Origin: Octopus vulgaris
Lineage: Eukaryota
Reading direction: 5' to 3'
Length of the DNA: 64,000 nucleotides
Assembly: GCA_951406725.2 (NCBI GenBank)
Contig: OX597823.1
Span: 37,138,001-37,202,000, forward strand
Below, piece after piece: positions 1-13,113 of the stretch (position 1 is the first letter of the stretch; each line of letters starts with the position of its first letter). Under the pieces are notes generated by a model. That model was given only the letters and a program-made list of their open reading frames with translations. It made no database searches and was not told where the DNA came from. The position numbers were made by a program, and so were the translations under genes.

Positions 1-134
1 AAATTTCGCCGAGACCGACTTTGTCTTTCATCCTTTCGGGTTCGATTAAATAAGTACCAGTCGAGTACTGGGGTCGATATAATCGACTCAACCTTTCCTC
101 CGAACATGCTGGCCTTGTGCCAAAATTTGAAACC
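1..134 (+). mobile_element. SINE family A, 3' part (truncated by window start)
   Basis: Matches the copies at 249, 12487, 15121 and 33902 (CTTTCATCCTTTCGGG..TCGAT.AAATAAGTACCAG...GGCCTTGTGCC); followed by (ATT)n(AGT)n. Confidence 0.85.
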
Positions 135-154
135 ATTATTATTATTATTATTAT

Positions 155-204
<50 letters not shown>

Positions 205-226
205 ATAGTAGTAGTAGTAGTAGTAG
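135..226. repeat. (ATT)n(AGT)n compound microsatellite
   Basis: Directly visible. Confidence 0.95.
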
Positions 227-248
227 TGTAGAAAGGATTATAATTGAA

Positions 249-438
249 GGTGGTGAGCTGGCAGAATCGTTAGTACGTCGGGCAAAATGCTTAGCGGTGT
301 TTCGTCCGTCGCTACGTTCTGAGTTCAAATACCGCCGAGGTCGACTTTGCATTTCATACTTCTGAAGTACTAGTTGCGTACTTAATCGACTAGTCCCTTC
401 CCCCAAAATTTCGGGTCTTGTGCCTTTAGTAGAAAGAA
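249..438 (+). mobile_element. SINE family A (tRNA-like head)
   Basis: GGTGGTGAGCTGGCAGAATCGTTAG (A-box-like) and GAGTTCAAATACC (B-box-like); ends GTAGAAAGAATT; multiple copies in the window. Confidence 0.85.
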
Positions 439-1216
439 TTATTGTTATTATTAAAAAGAACAACAACAAAAACAACGAGAAGCAGGAGTGGAGCCAATCC
501 TAGAAAATAAGTACATTTGTTCTGCTATTTAAGTCATTAAATAGTAATATCTTCAAAAGAGGCTTTACTCAGTCTTCAACCCAAGAAAGTGGATTGCAAC
601 AGTTTAAAGAAACATTATACAAACATTTAATAATGATTTGTGTTTCGATGTTGTTCTGTCTTTGATGTTCTTGCTGATGCTACGACAATTGGTTTATTGC
701 TTTTGCCAAAAACATGTAATGCCAATAACAGATATCCCAACACGACATCATCTTTGCTCCCCACCACTTCGCAAGACTAAGAAACACTCCTTCATTTCCC
801 TCTCGGTCTTTCTTTCTCTCTCTCTCTCTCTCTCTCTGTAGCTTTCTCTGTTTCTCTCTCGCTCTCTCTTTCGATATATATATATATATATATGAATGTC
901 TCACCTCTTTCTATGTATGCGCAAATATCAATCTTATACACCTCATCTCTCTCTCTCTCCGTCTCACTATGCATAACATTTTTCTAAATACATATCTAAC
1001 TTCACAGACATTCTATCGCCTGCCGCCCTTACCCCGTCTTCCATCTCATATGAAGTCATGTGACGGAAAATAGTTGCGACTCATGAGACAATCCAAAAAT
1101 GCTTTGAATACCGGAGTGTTTGCATTGATGCTCACGTATAACTCACACGCTCATATATGCATACACAAACATACATATTTACACACAGTCACATATAGAT
1201 ATACTCTTGTATGTGT

Positions 1217-1272
<56 letters not shown>

Positions 1273-1338
1273 TATACACACACACATACATATATATATA
1301 TATACATATACATATATACATATACATATATATATATA

Positions 1339-1765
1339 TATATAATATATATACACATACACATATATATACATATATACATATATATAATTATAGTTAC
1401 TCTACAAATGTATTGGGTTTTCTCTTTTACATGGTAGTTATACATAATTTACCACACACACATACCAATACACACACACACACACATGTATGAATGTATA
1501 TATAGGCATATACATATACATAGGGTGTGAATGTGTGTGTGTGTGTGTGTTTATATAATATATATACACATACACATATATATACATATATACATATATA
1601 TAATTATAGTTACTCTACAAATGTATTGGGTTTTCTCTTTTACATGGTAGTTATACATAATTTACCACACACACATACCAATACACACACACACACATGT
1701 ATGAATGTATATATAGGCATATGCATATACATAGGGTGTGAATGTGTGTGTGTGTGTGTGTTTAT
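1339..1765 (+). repeat. Tandem duplication, unit ~212 bp
   Basis: The unique segment TTATAGTTACTCTACAAATGTATTGGG...CATAGGGTGTGAATG occurs twice back-to-back, bounded by (TA)/(TG) microsatellites. Confidence 0.9.
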
Positions 1766-2089
1766 ATATTTTGTATATATTATTGCCCGCATGCTTACTA
1801 TACGTACAAAAATAGAGAGATAAATCAAGTGTTTGTTTACGGCATATTTAGCAGCTGTGTATAACATAACGAGCAATCCAACAAGCAGGGCCAAAACATC
1901 CACGTCAACAGCAATGGTAAGTGGTTAAGCTGCTGGTATGGACCCCATCTCTTACCTAATGTTTCGGCTACATTTGAAAATATCGGCAATCAGAATGATC
2001 GTTTCACAAACGATATATATATATCAAAGTAAAAGAGTAATATATATTGAGCCCTTGTACAGTAGTACAACTTATAGTAGGCTCACCTA

Positions 2090-3066
2090 GGCATCGTCCG
2101 TAAGAAAAACAGCACCTGACGCTATTCTTTCTGCCAGAAATTTGGAAACGACGTACTGTACTGCGCTTGACATTCGCGCCTGAAGCTCTAATGAGAACAT
2201 TTCAGAGTGTTTGGAAGTCAATCTGAGGATAGTGTAGAGGATTCAGAAACAGTTAGATGAGTCTAATGGTGATTATGAAGGTACAGCAGCTCGGAAAACT
2301 GACTCTGATCGTTCTGATAAGGAAAGAACTCCTGAATTTGTTGGTGAGATCCCGGCCATAATTGACAACGATCCCCGCCAAGGCAATCAGGTCCCATTGC
2401 CAGGGACATGGGAGTGTCTGAGTTTCTCATCAGGCAAGTAGTGTATGAAGACATTAGGTATTCCTCATACAAGATGAGAAAGGACCATCAACTACAATAG
2501 GAAAGTTCGCACTACGAAGCTTTTGGACAAAATCAAGTACCCCCTACAACCGAACATGCTTTGATTTTTCTCAGACGAGAAAAATTTCTGCCAGGATCAG
2601 ATGGTGAACACACAGAACAACCGTTGATGATAAATATTAAACATCCAGTCAACATCATGGTGTTTGGAGTGATCATTAGTGGTGGCGACGTTATGCTTCC
2701 ATTCATTTTCCCACACAACTTCGCACTCAACACAGAGGCCTATATCAAGTTCTTGGAGGAGGTTGTGTTGCCCTAGGTCAAGAGGGTGGCAGCGGGAAGA
2801 CCCTATGTCTGGCAACATGATTCTGCACCATGCTACTCAATCAGGAGAACCTCGTCATAGCTGTCAGAAAAATTCTGCGACCACATCACTCGTAACATCT
2901 GGATACCTAACTCCCCAGACTGCAACCCCCTTGATTATTATGTGTGGGATGCAGTTGAGCAAGCGACCAACAAAACTCCTTATAATACCAAAGATGAACT
3001 GAAGGCAAGGATTATGGCACCATTCCCCGTCTTAAACAAGGAGACCGTCCAAAAGAGTTGCAGGAG
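2090..3066 (+). mobile_element. Degenerate maT-type (DD37D) Tc1/mariner transposase remnant
   Basis: Translates IKHPVNIMVFGVI...YVWQHDSAPC...WIPNSPDCNPLDYYVWDAVE; 37 residues between the 2nd and 3rd Asp; stops and frameshifts. Confidence 0.8.
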
Positions 3067-3210
3067 ATATATGTATGCAGGATATTTATTTATGTTTGTA
3101 TGTATGTGTGTATGTGTCTGCGTGCGTGTGTGTGTGCGCGCGTGTGTATACACACACACACACCCATATATATAGAGAGAGATGTATATATAGATATATG
3201 TTTATATATA

Positions 3211-3265
<55 letters not shown>

Positions 3266-3534
3266 TATACACACGTGTGTGAGTGTTTTTATGTATGTAT
3301 GTATGTATGTATGGATGGATGGATGGATGGATGGATGGATGGATGGATGGAGAGCTTTTGTGAGTTTCGTGAGAGCATAGAACATATCTATCTCACCTCC
3401 AAACAACTGACTGAACATGTTCTATGCGCCCACGAATCCTTAAGTCACGTGGAGGTAAGTTAAACTGATATAAAAAAATACCTCCTACCAACTGTGTTAA
3501 GAGTCACTTTCTTTCATTTGGCCACTTACTAGTA

Positions 3535-4228
<694 letters not shown>

Positions 4229-4229
4229 G

Positions 4230-5088
4230 CAGACATGCAGGAAGTAAATAGACACCTTTAATTTTCAAAATCTTTTATTTAATACTCAAAGCTAGCAATT
4301 GAAATGTAATCGATAGGTAGGACTACATACTTTAGTATCTAGTTGACATTCCTTTAGCAGTTTTTCAGAAACTCTTTTTGGCATTGAACTGATGAACTTT
4401 GTGATTTTCTCTTGTGGAATTTCTGTCCACTTTTCACGCAACAATCGAAAAATTCATCTTTAGATTTAGGTTTCTGTCGAGTTTTTCGTATAGCTCTATC
4501 TAGTATGCTCCAAAGATTTTCAATTGGGTTCATGTCAGGAGATTGGCTCGGCCAAGGACACTTTTTGATCGCATTTTCAGTCAGCCATTGTTGATTCCTT
4601 TTCGCTGTGTGGCATAGAGCCCCATCTTCCATGAATAAAAACTCATTTTTCGTTATGTTATCGTGTGAACACATCGGAAGTAGTCCTTGCTTAAGTATTT
4701 CGATGTACTTTCCAGAGTTTATGGTTCCAACACATTCGATCAGTTCAGAACGACCATTGCTTTCCGTGGGCTCAGGTCAACCGGAACGAGAATCTGTTGA
4801 TTCTTTTCCTTGGATTTTGAATTGCACTATAATTTGAGGATTTTCGGCAATTCTTCGCTGGCTAAAGACCAGCCTCAGATTGACCAACAATACGACCTCT
4901 TTGAACATCTGACAGTACCGCGGAATTTTTGGGGTGTGGCATGGTTAGTCTTCGCAGATGTTTAATATAATGGCACCTGGAATGAAAAAGAATAATTACA
5001 TTGTAAATTTTACACCGCGGATAATATATTAAGACGCTTAGATCAGAAATTTTGAAAATTAAAGGTATCTATTTACTTCCTGCATGTC

Positions 5089-5090
<2 letters not shown>
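4230..5090 (-). mobile_element. Internally deleted Tc1 (DD34E) element with both TIRs
   Basis: ~40-bp TIRs CAGACATGCAGGAAGTAAATAGA.ACCTTTAATTTTCAAAA; ORF 4354..4674 gives EDGALCH...WPSQSPDMNPIENLW (34 residues between D and E). Confidence 0.9.
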
Positions 5091-5133
<43 letters not shown>

Positions 5134-5621
5134 ACAGAAAAAGAATGATGTCATTGGTAGTTCTAATCAGTTTAATTTATCAATTTTTTAAATTTTTTAT
5201 TAAGATAAATTTTACACTTTAGTTCGTTGATTGTGTAAGTTCTTTGTTAATTTGGGTGGAGTGATTTTTAACAATAATCCCTAGTCAACTTTTCTGGAGA
5301 ACTTTCTCACATTCGTTGTCAAACAGATCTGAGGGTTTGGGGCTTTGTGATTTTACATGTGGGATTTGGGTGTGTTTGAGTGGGGTTGGGGTTTGTTAAT
5401 CAATGTGACAGTGAAAGCGTGTTGATGAATAAGAGCTGAAAGGAAATAGTGAATGGTGAAAACAAGATACTTGATAGGGGATGGAGTTGGGAGATGGTTT
5501 GAGAGGAGGTGGGGAGATCAAGCTAGCTCACACATTCACTTCTCTACATATAACAGACAAAAAGTTTATATATATATATACATCTCTCTCTCTTTCTCCC
5601 CCTCTCTCTCTATATATATAT

Positions 5622-5670
<49 letters not shown>

Positions 5671-5740
5671 CATACACATATATACATAAATACACATATT
5701 TATCTACACACACATATACATACATACACACACGCATAGA

Positions 5741-5774
<34 letters not shown>

Positions 5775-5775
<1 letters not shown>

Positions 5776-6361
5776 GAAAAACCACTATTATGCAATTCAA
5801 ACAATGATAGACATAAACCAAATCATAAATAATAAATAAAATATATTTTTATAAAACATATAACTAGATCACAAAAAGTAGTAAAATGAATAATCAATAT
5901 ATAAGTAAAAAGCTACGTACGTTTCATGGCTATAATTAAATTCGAATTACAATTAAATTTAAATTTAATCGAAAATCAATTCAATTTAAAATTATAGTCA
6001 CTCTTGAGTTTCAAATTTAGTTAATGGAGTTTCTTCTATAAGAAAAAAATCATTATTTAATTTTTTTTAATAAATATTGTTTAACTCTATTTGCTTATTT
6101 ATTTTACTATTATTGTTAACATGAAGAGTGACTATAATTTTATATTGAAATGATTTTCGATTAAATTTAAATTTAATTGTAATTCGAATTTAATTATAGC
6201 CATGAAACGTACGTAGTTTTTTTACTCATTATATATTGATTATTCTTTTTTATACTATTTGTGATCTAGTTATATGCTTTATAAAAATATATTTTATTTT
6301 TTATTTATGATTTGGTTTATGTCTATCATTGTTTGAATTGCATAATAATGGTTTTTTTCTC
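5775..6361. repeat. Long inverted repeat (~230-bp arms, ~120-bp spacer), probable Penelope-like inverted terminal repeat
   Basis: 5775-6005 is the near-perfect reverse complement of 6124-6361; each arm carries a hammerhead-like motif. Confidence 0.85.
6118..6219 (+). ncRNA. Degenerate type I hammerhead-ribozyme-like motif with extended stem II
   Basis: AAC-ATGAAGA-GTGACTATAATT..AATTATAGCCAT-GAAAC-GTAC-GTA-GTT; the core deviates at C3 (A); palindromic GTAC loop III as in Penelope-associated hammerheads. Confidence 0.5.
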
Positions 6362-6455
6362 GAATTTATATATCATATATTGATATTTTGAAATTTGATT
6401 TAATACTAAATTGAATTTTTCCCTGTAAGTTTGGAGTTGTACTCCCTAATATTAT

Positions 6456-6522
<67 letters not shown>

Positions 6523-6985
6523 TATATATATATACACACATGCATGGATATACTCATACATACATACACATGTATATATGTATTCATACTCATGCATATA
6601 TATATATACATACCCAGATATACACACACTCATATATACATACACATACATACACATATCCACACACAAATATCCCCTCCAACTCACATGCACTCACACC
6701 TTCACACACGTACAGACACCACCACCATCATCATCATCATCGCCGCCCAACATCCGCTTTACATGTGGTCGCCAAACAACAACGATGATGATGATGATGA
6801 TGATGATGAAAGCATGCGCAAATATATGGGCACATGTGAAACAGAAAAATACACATGCGTGGGTATGTGTGTGCATATTCATATTAATATGCATATATCC
6901 ATACACGTGTATACATACATGTATGCACATATGCGCATGTGTATGCATCACACCCGTATATTTACATATACCTACATACACATGC

Positions 6986-7025
<40 letters not shown>

Positions 7026-7427
7026 GAACATATATGAACACACATATGAACAGCGCTACATTTTCACCGTGCGAACTGAAGCTCCTTTCGGGACTCAACA
7101 CAAAATTCAGTGACAGTCTTCACGCACCTTTTTATAAAAACATTTTATTTTATTTCTTTTAATCATTTATATAATCTTCATTTCATTTGTTTTTTAATTC
7201 TCTATATTCTTTTATTTTATTCTTATTTTTAATTTTAATTTTTAATTTGTATTTTTTAATATGTGTTTTTAATTTTTATTGTTAATTTGTGTTCTTAATT
7301 CAGTTTTTTAGCCACATACACGCACACACTCACACATACACACACATTCATATGCACGCACACACACACACTCATATATTCCGACGAAGAGACATGCTCT
7401 AAACATTAAAAACTCTCTCATTTCACC

Positions 7428-7519
7428 GACTGATACTTACTTTATCGACCCCAGAAGAATGAAAGGCGAAGTCGGCCACGATGGAATTTGAATTCAGAAT
7501 GTAAGGCCGGACGAAATAC
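7428..7519 (-). mobile_element. SINE family A fragment
   Basis: Reverse complement of the family A central region (TTTATCGACCCC..AATGAAAGGC.AAGTCG..GGAATTTGAA.TCAGAA). Confidence 0.7.
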
Positions 7520-8564
7520 ATCTTATGTAGTAATATTTGAGCAAGTAATATTAAATAAGTAATATTAAGGATATTGTCTTACGTTTTTAACTTGTAGCAG
7601 TCAACTTTTCTCAGAGATTGTTGATTTTTCCAACATCTTGAATATGCCATATTCTAGTCTCTTCTGGAATCAAACTAGACAAAGCAGTGATATAGTAGTT
7701 TGTTGAGTAAATTGCTATCAAGAATGCCTTCTATATGTTTCTTTTGAATTGTCTAAATATCTTGAGGAGTTGACAGCGGGGACAAGCAACATAAAAATCT
7801 AACAGTAAATTCCTCATAGTTTAGCGTATATACTTGATAAACCCACAAGAATTTTGGGGTTAGAGAGGTTATAGATAAGAAAATATTTCGGTCTATATTT
7901 GTGTGTTTGTGTATGTGTCAGTCTGTATGTCTCTGTGTTTGCGCATGTATATACGTGTACACACATGCACAGAGGTACTCAGATACATGCAGTGTATGTC
8001 TGGAATGGATAAGAGATTAACATTAAGATGGTGTTACATGAACTTGTTACTTAATATTTTCAATCCAAATCTCAAGTAATCCTTCACACGGCGTACATTT
8101 GTGTTTCTTCGCAGTTCCCGATGTTAGTTACTTCACATCTATTTACTTCACTTTCAGAAGTTAACCTCTCGTATCTTTTGAAACGGCCAGAAACTACTCT
8201 GACTCTGGCGTTCAATTTCTCTGTTTACATCGATATTGTTTCTGGAATATATGTCTTGTCAAAATTATTTTGCTTCGTATATTATTGTAGAGGCTATTAA
8301 ACCTGCTCTTTGATGGTTATTAACCTACTGTAGCTAGATGCTGTTAATCCTGACGAAATAGCAATTTAAGTATTGTAGATAGCTGCAAATCTAGTGAAAA
8401 TGGTTATTAATGCGTGGTTACTCACTCATGATCTATATCAAAATAGGGAGAAAGAAAAGAGGGAGAGAGAAAAAGAGGATAAGGCGAAGAGAGAGGTAGA
8501 AAGAGAAAGAAAGGAAAAAAGGGAAAGAGAAGCGTCAATGACATGTAGTAGGAGGAGCGTAATA

Positions 8565-9856
8565 CGAGGGGCGTTCAATAAGTAATGCCCCTGACCCACT
8601 TCCCATAGCAGTAGAGCAACGAAACTTGGCACAGTTATTAGTCTTTTTCTACATAGGTACCACCCAGAGTTACGCATTTCTCCCATCGTTTGATGCAGCT
8701 CTGGAGGCCGTTTTTGTAGAAGACCCCAGCTTGGTCCTCCAACCTGAACGTGACTTCAGAAATCAAGGCTGCATCATCTGGGAAACGCTTTCCTTTCAAA
8801 AACAACTTCATGACTGGGAAGAGGGGAAAATCAGAGGGTGCAAGGTCAGGAAAGTAGGGGGATGGGGGAGGAGTTCATAGCCATACGCCTGTGCTTCTGA
8901 TCTGGTGACAAGCGAGTTGTGGACCGGAGCGTTGTCCTGCAGGAGGAGGATGCCTTTGCTGATCTTGCTCCGTCTCTTGATTTTGATAACTTCTCTTAAT
9001 TTCCTCAAAAGTGAAGCATAATAGGCTCCTGTAATTGTGGTACCCTTTGCCAGGAAATCTGTCATCACTACTCCGTCCTGGTCCCAGAAGACTGTGAGCA
9101 TGACCTTGCCAGCGGAGGGCTGCACCCTTGCCTTCTTTGGAGGGGGTGAGTCACGGTGCTTCCACTGCATTGACTGGGCTTTGGTCTCTGGATCATCGTG
9201 ATGGACCCAGGTTTCACCCGGTGTAATCAGTCGTTTGAAAAATTTTGACTCATCTTCTTGGCACATCTCCAAATTCATCCTCGAGCACTCGACGCGTTCT
9301 TGCTTCTGGGAAGGCGTGAGCAACCTGGGAATCCATCTGGCAGACACCTTTTGCATATGCAAATGGTCATGAATGATAGTTTCCACAGACCCGGTACTAA
9401 TCTTGACCTCATGGGCTATTTGGCGAATAATTATGCGTCGATCTTCCAAAATGGCAGCCTCAACTTGACGGATAGATGCCTCATCAATGGCAGAAGCGGG
9501 GCGACCAGATCTAGGAGCTGTTTCCACAGAGTTCCGACTATGTTTGAATTCCCGATACCAGCGTTTTACAAGGTCATATAATGGGGCATCATCACCATAA
9601 GTTACTTTCATTTCATCAAAAGTCTCCCGTGGTGTGCGTCCTTTCAAATACAAAAACCGGATCACTGCTCGACACCCAACAGGCTCCATTTCACACTTGA
9701 CTCAGTTCAAACACCTGTAAATCAGAAACCGCAATTAGTTCAGAGCTGTAATTTGTCACTTACTCTATAGAGATATAAATGATTGCGCATGCAAAATTTC
9801 AGCTAGATCAAACAACTGCATGTGGGTCAGAGGCATTACTTATTGAACGTCCCTCG
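8565..9856 (-). mobile_element. Full-length mariner transposon (~1.29 kb), defective transposase
   Basis: TA-flanked ~35-bp TIRs CGAGGG.CGTTCAATAAGTAATGCC.CTGACCCAC; ORF 8808..9689 has WIPRLL and QDNAPVH; first Asp motif reads TPGETW; frameshift just before the YSPDLAP-type motif. Confidence 0.95.
8808..9689 (-). pseudogene. Mariner transposase pseudogene
   Basis: 293-aa ORF with HTH and DDD domains; the C-terminus continues in another frame as YFPDLAPSDF.LFP.MK..LKGKRF. Confidence 0.9.
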
Positions 9857-10114
9857 TATCTATTACGTGGTTTAAAAAGTTAGTTGAAGGTAGTGATATA
9901 GAAGAGAATTAGGAATATAATATTAGCAGAGGGGTGATATTCTGATGGTGAGATTAAAGAAAGGCAGAGAGAGTGAGAGAAAGAGAGAGAGAGAGATGAT
10001 GGTGGTGGTGGTGGTGGTGGTGGTGGTGGTGGTGGCGGCGATGGTGAGTGCATAGTGAAAAGTATTTTATTAAATTGAACTAAGTTTTTTATCACTTAAC
10101 GCAAGCGCATCCCA

Positions 10115-10681
10115 TACTTGCCATTCACTTTAGAAAGAAACCAGTTTCCCGTTCACCTGTCATAGGCACTGGCTATAAATAAATCACAAGGGCAGGCATT
10201 TTATAAAGTGGCGCTGTTCTTGCCTGAACCTGTATTCGGTCATGGTCAGCTATATGTTGCATTCTCAAGGGCTCGCAAATTATCTGATGTAAGAGTTAAA
10301 GTTATCAACACTGACAAACAAGGGAAAAGCAGAGGGAGAACTAACACGAAGAACACAGGCTTCAAAGAAGTATTGGATGGAAGGTGTATGCAAATTGAAA
10401 AGTGCATTGGCTCTGACTCCTCGCTTTGGCTTATAAATTACCAACGATGTGGTAATGTTGCATTAATTACCCCCCACCCCGTGAAACTGTGACCCCTAAG
10501 TTTTATATATAAAATATTTTTTTTACCATAAAAGTTTTGTTTTCTAGATAAGAAATTATGACCATATAAATTTTAAAGTGTAACTTTTTCTGTTTTGGGG
10601 GAAAATCGAAAAATAAAAGTAAATATTTTTCATATGAGTGCTGTGTATTAGGACTACAAAATTGTGCATGAAGTATATAAA

Positions 10682-10732
<51 letters not shown>

Positions 10733-10908
10733 GCTTAAGTAATCATCGTATTCCAATTTCCTTCACTTTTCAATGAGTAGCACATGAGCGACTATCTTTT
10801 GATATAGACACAACACAGGCTACGCTTTCAGGTTATTTGGATAAAGTTTTCAAGAATAATCTAAAAGGGTTGTTATTAATTCCGTGAAATATTCGTGGGT
10901 CCCGCTAG
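10115..10908 (+). mobile_element. Helitron 3' fragment (PIF1 helicase C-terminus and 3' terminus)
   Basis: FTLERNQFPVHLS*ALAINKSQGQAF..VALFLPEPVFGHGQLYVAFSRAR; ends with an imperfect hairpin CCGTGAAATATTCGTGG and CTAG|T at 10905-10909. Confidence 0.85.
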
Positions 10909-10989
10909 TTTTACATTAAACTGGAGGATAACCTAAAATTTGTCAGTGTTTCTAGGTTTCAACCAGCAAACCCATCATCACGCCTTCAT

Positions 10990-11090
10990 CCTACTGGGGT
11001 CGATGAAATAACTATCAGTCGAGAACTGTACATGCTGTAATCGACTATCCCCCTCTCCAAAATTACAGGCCCCATGCCGATAGTAGAAAA
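10990..11090 (+). mobile_element. SINE family A 3' fragment (old)
   Basis: GGGGTCGATGAAATAA...AATCGACT..CCCC..CAAAATT.CAGGCC...TAGTAGAAAA. Confidence 0.65.
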
Positions 11091-11091
11091 T

Positions 11092-11311
<220 letters not shown>

Positions 11312-11319
11312 GATTGTCT

Positions 11320-11696
<377 letters not shown>

Positions 11697-11706
11697 CATC
11701 ATCATT

Positions 11707-12200
11707 GAGTGAGTGAGAGAGCAATGCATGCTATCAAAGTGACATGGAGGTAAAATATACGATGTCCAGTAAACCCATCTTGACTACTCGTCAGATTAGC
11801 GTACAGCAGACACATGCATCACAACCATATGTGCGTGACATGATGATCTCATATCAAGATAAACAGCGCATGACCTTGCAAATGGGGATCAGTTAGAATT
11901 TTCTTCGGGTCCCTGAATAAATGTTGCTTAAAGATGTTGACCGAAACACCCATGTTTCTAAAGGTGAATTATCCAAACCCCAAATAATTCCTCTCAATAT
12001 ATGACTACGATGCTCCTCCACTACTTCTGCCCGGGATCAGAGATGCATATATCGTCAGCCACCAAGGGACATGCTCAGCTGGTTAAGGTCAAACAACTGA
12101 CAAGCCAATCTGGTATTTAGCAGAATATTTGCTATAGCCCATCTTTCATACCAAGACAAAACAATATACTTGATAACACTGCCTTGTACTGTATCAGGGC
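11707..12200 (-). mobile_element. Unclassified ~500-bp non-coding interspersed repeat (family X)
   Basis: Homologous to 15437-15625 and 33266-33495; flanked by ATT/ATC triplet tracts on both sides; strand inferred from tail polarity. Confidence 0.7.
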
Positions 12201-12486
12201 TATTATTATTATTAATAATAGCCCTGAGCAGTACAAAGAAATAAAATATCAATCCCTTTAAAACGGCAACCGCTTTAACAGTACCAGAATCACCATACCT
12301 CTACATCTACACATTCAAAACAGTCTGCAAACAGCCCTTCAGCAACAATACACCCTGATAAGCTAAGTAACTACTACTAAATTCAGGCCACGACAGATAG
12401 AAAGGATGTTCTTGAAGCCGTGGATTTTAAACTTACGGAGACAAGATTTACATATCACCCGAGGAAACTCAACAAGATCTCATAAT

Positions 12487-12701
12487 CTTTTCTACTCTAG
12501 GCACAAAGCCCGAAAATTTTGGGGAGGGGACCAGTCGATTAGATCGATTCCAGTACGCAACTGGCACTTAATTTATCGATCCCTGAAATGATGAAAGACA
12601 AAGTTGACCTCGGCGGAATTTGAACTCAGAACGTAAAGACAGACGAAATACCGCTAAGCATTTCGCCCGGCGTGCTAACGTTCCTGCCAGCTCGCCGCCT
12701 T
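12487..12701 (-). mobile_element. SINE family A, full-length, with 16-bp TSD
   Basis: Complete copy; flanks AACAAGATCTCATAAT (12471-12486) and AACTAGATCTCATAAT (12702-12717). Confidence 0.9.
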
Positions 12702-13075
12702 AACTAGATCTCATAATGTAGGGAAAACGTTGCTTAATCAAGTACCTGCACACCTGGAGAACTACTTTACGTCGAAATAATTGTAGTGATTAAAAGATAA
12801 ATATCCAACCGTACCCCTTTTTTTGTTACTCCAATTTTTTCAATTACCTATTCACACACGACAGATACCCAAACGCAAACCTGGAAGTACGTATAATATT
12901 ACAACTGGATAGTACAGGGTAAATCTGATGGTGGACGAGCTTTATACTGGATTATACTACGTTCTTTACAGAATATACCATATATATGTAAATATATATA
13001 TGTGTCTTCTGTAGCCTCGGGTCGACCAAACCCTTGTGTGTGGATTTGCTAGACAGAAGCTGATAGAAGACCGTC

Positions 13076-13109
<34 letters not shown>

Positions 13110-13113
<4 letters not shown>

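Noticed and set aside
1852-1916. Possible 65-nt micro-exon (TTTAG|...ATG|GTAAGT, one open frame)
   Set aside because: Good donor but weak pyrimidine tract, no recognisable peptide and no partner exons; would need RNA-seq.
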